Assembly: GCF_046119375.1 (NCBI RefSeq)
Contig: NW_027362761.1
Coordinates: 304,854,001-304,918,000, forward strand
Direction: 5' to 3'
Source: Phyllobates terribilis
Taxonomy: Eukaryota
Length of the DNA: 64,000 nucleotides
Of this stretch, positions 58,370 through 64,000 are shown piece by piece. The notes beneath the pieces were generated by a model. The model searched no databases, was not told the DNA's origin, and worked only from the letters and a program-made list of their open reading frames with translations. The translations under genes were made by a program, and so were the position numbers. The first letter of the stretch is position 1; the number at the start of each line of letters is the position of its first letter.

Positions 58370-60400
58370 CAACCCCTGGCAAAAATTATGGAATCACCGG
58401 GCTCGGAGGATGTTCATTCAGTGGTTTAATGTTGCTGAAAAAAAACATCACAGACATGGCACAAAACTAAAGTCATTTCAAATGGCAACTTTAGGGCTTT
58501 AAGAAACACTAAAAGAAATCAAGATTAAAAATGTGGTACTCAGTAAGGGTAATTTTTTTTCAGACCAAGCAGAGGGAAAAAATTATGGAATCACTCAATT
58601 CTGAGGAAAAAAATATGGAATCACCCTGTAAATTTTCATTTCCAAAACTAACACCTGCATCAAATTAGATCTGCTCGTTAGTCTGCATCTAAAAAGGAGT
58701 GATCACACCTTGGAGAGCTGTTGTACCAAATGGACTGACATGAATCATGGCTCCAACACGAGAGATGTCAATTGAAACAAAGGAGAGGATTATCAAACTC
58801 TTAAAAGAAGGTAAATCATCAGGCAATGTTGCAAACGATGTTGGTTGTACACAGTCAGCTGTGTCTAAAATCTGGACCAAATACAAACAACATGGGAAGG
58901 TTGTTAAAGGCAAACATACTGGTAGACCAAGGAAGACATCAAAGCGTCAAGACCGGAAACTTAAAGCAATATGTCTCCAAAACAGGAAATGCACAACAAA
59001 ACAAATGAGGAACGAATGGGAGGAAACTGGAGTCAATGTCTATGACCGAACTGTAAGAAACCGCTTAAAGGAAATGGGATTTACATACAGAAAAGCTAAA
59101 CATAAGCCATCATTAACACCTAAACAGAAAAAAACAAGGTTACAATGGGCTAAGGAAAAGCAATCGTAGACTGTGGATGACTGGATGAAAGTCATATTCA
59201 GTGATGAATCGCGAATCTGCATTGGGCAAGGTGATGATGCTGGAACTTTTGTTTGGTGCCGTTCCAATGAGATTTATAAAGATGCATGAAGAGAACATGC
59301 AAATTTCCACAGTCATTGATGATATGGGGCTACATGTCAGGTAAAGGCACTGGCGCTGTCATTACATCTTCAATAGATGCCCAAGTTTACATTGATATTT
59401 TGGACAGTTTTCTTATCCCATCAATTGAAAGGATGTTTGGGGATGATGACATCATTTTTCAAGATGATAATGCATCCTGCCATAGAGCAAAAACTGTGAA
59501 AACATTCCTTGAAAGAAGACACATAAGGTCAATGTCATGGCCTGCAAATAGTCCGGATCTCAATCCAATTGAAAATCTTTGGTGGAAGTTGAAGAAAATG
59601 GTCCATGACAAGGCTCCAACCTGCAAAGCTGATCTGGCAACAGCAATCAGAGAAAGTTGGAGCCAGATTGATGAAGAGTACTGTTTGTCACTCCCATGCC
59701 TCAGAGACTGCAAGCTGTTATTAAAGCCAGAGGTGGTGCAACAAAATACTAGTGATGTATTGGATTGTTCTTGTGTTTGTTTTTCATGATTCCATATTTT
59801 TTTCCTCAGAATTGAGTGATTCCATAATTTTTTCCCTCTGCTTGGTCTGAAAAAAATTACCCTTAGGCTATGTGCCCACGACGCAGAAATGAAGCAGAAA
59901 ATTTCTGCTTCATTTCTGCATCTCCTTGCCTGGAAAAACGCGTGCGGAATTTGACACGCGTTTTTCGCGCGTTTTGCACATGCGGAATTGCCATGTGTTT
60001 TCTAATGCATTGTAGATGGCAATTCCGCATGCGTAAACGCACAAATAATGGACATGCTGCAGATTTTTGAGCGCATCAAAAACGCTGCGGAAAAATCCGC
60101 AGCATGGGCATTGAAAGTGCGGAATTCCATTGGGGACCATGGGGGAAGGATTACCTAGCGTTTACACTGCAAAACTTCCGCAGCATAAACGCTTGAAAAA
60201 CGCATCGTGGGCACGGACCCTTACTGATTACCACATTTTTAATCTTGATTTCTTTTAGTGTTTCTTATAGCCCTAAAGTTGCCATTTGAAATGACTTTAG
60301 TTTTGTGCCATGTCTGTGATCTGCTTTTTTTCAACAACATTAAACAACTGAATGAACATCCTCCGACCCCGGTGAGCCCATAATTTTTGCCAAGGGGTTG
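58370..60400 (+). mobile_element. Second copy of the 24952 Tc1 family, interrupted in its right TIR
   Basis: TA|CAACCCCTGGC ... CCAAGGGGTTG|TA; transposase ORF 58747-59169 nearly identical to 25331-25753. Confidence 0.95.
59866..60220. mobile_element. Short Harbinger-like MITE nested in the Tc1 TIR
   Basis: TTA duplicated at 59863 and 60221; the homologous site in the 24952 copy has a single TTA. Confidence 0.9.
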
Positions 60401-61152
60401 TAGTAGGTGGTTCACAGGGCTCTGTTACGATGGCCATGGCTTCCAGTGTTGCAGCTGGATCAGGGTCCTGTTAATCTTTTTGCAGGAGTCTATTTTCTCA
60501 TACACATAGACACCAATAGGACATAACATTACAATGAAGAACAGTTCTGATGATGCAGAGACTCCACGGGATCTCTGAAGGTGTCCTGTGGTATCTGGCC
60601 CCATCTGTAAGTCGTGAGGTTGGACCTCCATGGATCCAACTTGTTTTGCCATCACTTCTATACTAGAACCATTATATTGTGACTGCAGCATGTATTATGC
60701 TTAAAGGGGTTTTCCCAAGGACAAAAGTTCATTTTAATCAACGGCTTTGTCTGACCGTGTACAGAACATGGTCTGCTCATACCACAGCTCCTAGGTAGGG
60801 GAGGAAGGAAAATACAATACAGACATTACAGAAGGGGATCACAGCTGATTCTTTTTGTGAGGTAAAACATTTCACCGCCTGTTTTTATACAATGTTTTAC
60901 CTCACAAAATTAGTCCTCTATGATCCTCTGCTGCCCTGTCTGTATACTCATTTGTTTCCTCCCCTGCCCAGGAGATGTGGTATGATCAGACCATGTTCTG
61001 TACACAGTCAGACACAGCCATTGATTAATATGAACATTTTGTTTGTGGGAAAACCCCTTTAAGGAGGCCACTGACAATAGGAAATACCCATGCTATGAAG
61101 GGGAGTACTTGGTATGCAACAATCTTTAGATAGGTGGTATGTCTCAAAGTAA

Positions 61153-61425
61153 GGCTAGGGCTACAAGGCAACTTTGGTCGTGACACTTTGCAGGTTCAAT
61201 GTTTGCTACTTTTCATCGCTATGGCATAGTGCAATACAAGTGAATGGGGTTGCATTGTGACCCTGTGAGTACTTCGACAAACAGGATGCAAAAAATCCAA
61301 CCGGGTCCGATTTTTGGCGACTTTCTTGTCGCCGTACTCCATCCATTTGTATTGCACTGCAACACATAGCAATCTTTTGTTGCGTGACTTGTGTCACAGC
61401 CAAAGTTGCTGTGTAGCCCCCTATC
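61153..61425. mobile_element. Harbinger-like MITE
   Basis: TAA|GGCTAGGGCTACA ... TGTAGCCCCTATCC|TAA. Confidence 0.6.
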
Positions 61426-63279
61426 CTAATATTCACTTGAATGCCAGGACCAAAGGTTTCCCCACCGATCATTGCCCAGAGCAGCACACTGCCTGCACCA
61501 ACTTATCTTCTTATGGTGCATCCAATAAGTGATGCAGACATACTCAGCCATCCACCTAATGTAAAAGAAATCGTGATTCAACAGACCAAGCTACCTTCTT
61601 CCTTTTCTCATGCACCCATTTTAGGTGCTTTTGCTGGTGGGCAGCCTGACTGGTGTGTGCCTATACGTCCCGTGTGCAGCAAGCTGCCATGCACTATGTT
61701 TTGACACGTGTATATCATAGGCAGCTCTAACATAACTCTTCTGTGGGTTGGGGTAAGATGACGAGTCCTTGATCCCAATGTGTGTGCAGCCTTGTATGGC
61801 CATGACCATATTTGGCAGGTGCTAATCGCTTCTTACCAAGAACACCCCACAAGGCCTGATTTGATGATGCTGAGGCCCTAGCCATTATATTATGACCATT
61901 GTCAACATCTCGCAGATCATGCTTGCCTATTTTTCTGCTTCTAACACATCAACTTAAAAAAAGTGACTGGTTACTAGCCCTAAACACCCTGACCACTAGT
62001 GATGGATCGGTGGCAACTGATCCGAAACAAAGAGCTGGCTCCCTTCTGTGAATGATGGGACCTGGCACCCCAGTAAGGTGAGAGCCACCTGCAGTTTCTG
62101 AATGGCTCTCACTATGGGTAAAATTACACAATACGGCTGCTGATGCAAACAAAAACTCACTCACCCAGCCTGAAAGTGCTTTGCCATTGGCTGACTAGCT
62201 CATAAAGAGAAACTGTTGCCATGAAAATGCAGCCCAATCTGCAGGCACCATGTTATAGAGCAGAGAGCATGGAGTAGATTGTCAGAAAAGATACAGTATA
62301 ATCTGTGTTTAATCACTGAACCCTCTGCTCATTCTCACAGCTTTCTTTGTATAAGACCATGTTCACACATTCAGTATTTGGTCATTATTTTACATCAGTA
62401 TTTGTAAGCCAAACTAGGAGAGGAACAATCAGAGGAAAAGTATAATAGAAACACGTCACCACTTCTGTATTTATCACCCACTCCTGGTTTTGGCCATCAG
62501 TCACTGATAGGGCCGCAAACTGGACCGAAACTCCCAGAAAGAGCAGAGAATTAAATGATTAAACCACAGGTTATCGTGAATATTTTCTCATGTAACTATA
62601 TACCAATCTGATCCGTTCTCCCTGCTCTATAAGGCCACGGTCACACATTCAGTATTTGGTCAGTTTTTCACATCAGTATTTGTAAGCCAAAACCAGGAAT
62701 GGGTGATAAATACAGAAGTGGTGACGTGTTTCTATTATACTTTTCCTCTGATTGTTCCACTCCTGGTTTGGCTTACAAATACTGACCAAATACTGAACAT
62801 GTTGATATATATTTACGTGCGAAAATATTCAGTGTAACTCATGTTTTAATCATTTAATCCTCTGCTCTTTCCCTGATTTTCGGTCCCTATCAGTGATTGA
62901 TGGCTACCTCTCTATGCACTCTAAGGCCATGTGCACACGTTCAGTATTTGGTCAGTATTTTACCTCAGTATTTGTAAGCCAAAACCAGGAGTGGGTGATA
63001 AATACAGAAGTGGTGATGTGTTTCTATTATACTTTTCCTCTGACTGTTTCACTCCTGATTTTGGCTTACAAATACTGAGGTAAAAAAAATCACCAAATAT
63101 TCAACGTGTGCTCTTAGCCTTACATGGTGCCTGCATTTTCATGGTGACATGGTCCCTTTAAATCCAGAGACCACACCTCTATAATTCCAAGCCAGTTCCC
63201 CATAGTTGCAGCCTTAGTACCCCATAACAGCACTGACCTCTGTACAGTAAGGTTTACTAGTTTCACTAGAGCCAGTAGG

Positions 63280-64000
63280 CATGGAAGGTCTGCCTCCTAA
63301 CCTCTGCACATCAGGCACATGTACAGCACATTGCCATGGAAGGTCTGCCTCCTAACCTCTGCACATCAGGCACATGTACAGCACATTGCCATGGAAGGTC
63401 TGCCTCCTAACCTCTGCACATCAGGCACATGTACAGCACATTGCCATGGAAGGTCTGCCTCCTAACCTCTGCACATCAGGCACATGTACAGCACATTGCC
63501 ATGGAAGGTCTGCCTCCTAACCTCTGCACATCAGGCACATGTACAGCACATTGCCATGGAAGGTCTGCCTCCTAACCTCTGCACATCAGGCACAGGTACA
63601 GCACATTGCCATGGAAGGTCTGCCTCCTAACCTCTGCACATCAGGCACATGTACAGCACATTGCCATGGAAGGTCTGCCTCCTAACCTCTGCACATCAGG
63701 CACATGTACAGCACATTGCCATGGAAGGTCTGCCTCCTAACCTCTGCACATCAGGCACAGGTACAGCACATTGCCATGGAAGGTCTGCCTCCTAACCTCT
63801 GCACATCAGGCACAAGTACAGCACATTGCCATGGAAGGTCTGCCTCCTAACCTCTGCACATCAGGCACATGTACAGCACATTGCCATGGAAGGTCTGCCT
63901 TCTAGCCTCTGCACATCAGGCACACGTACAGCACATTGCCTTGGAAGGTCTGCCTTCTAACCTCTGCACATCAGGCACACGTACAGCACATTGCCATGGA
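63280..64000. repeat. 55-bp tandem array, at least 13 copies, running off the window
   Basis: Unit ATGGAAGGTCTGCCTCCTAACCTCTGCACATCAGGCACATGTACAGCACATTGCC with an exact 55-nt period from 63281. Confidence 0.97.

Noticed and set aside
63280-64000. CRISPR-like array
   Set aside because: Units are head-to-tail with no unique spacers, the context is eukaryotic and there are no cas genes. The same applies to 7846-8153.
57300-64000. dynll1, expected head-to-head with srsf9 from mammalian synteny
   Set aside because: No MCDRKAVIKNADM-like coding exon was found. A + strand YY1 motif at 57431 is compatible with a divergent promoter but is not enough to call a gene.

Overview
Vertebrate genomic DNA, most likely from a frog (inferred from the repeat families and protein sequences). 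It holds four intron-containing housekeeping genes in the order and orientation of the mammalian COX6A1-TRIAP1-GATC-SRSF9 block. cox6a1 is on + (3 exons, 7441-11109). triap1 is on - (2 exons, 39282-39593). gatc is on + (5 exons, 39803-45194), head-to-head with triap1 across about 210 bp. srsf9 is on - (4 exons, 45702-57218) and converges on gatc. All exons were built by hand from GT-AG sites and reading phase and give complete ORFs of 112, 78, 155 and 224 aa. Most of the rest is transposon-derived: a Gmr1-like Gypsy LTR element (integrase before RT, SCAN-like capsid), a long L2 LINE with a 2A-like motif interrupted by a CR1 LINE and a Tc1, four more Tc1-type elements, tRNA-headed SINEs, and many palindromic MITEs (TWA-, TTAA- and 8-bp-TSD classes). 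There are also two minisatellites. The most unusual observations are outward-facing splice donors and mini-introns on both strands of several unrelated MITE families, a 55-bp-arm fold-back hairpin in a cox6a1 intron, a candidate srsf9 poison exon, a nonsense codon shared by two Tc1 copies, and a mosaic LTR pair. No database search was run; family names come from recalled motifs.
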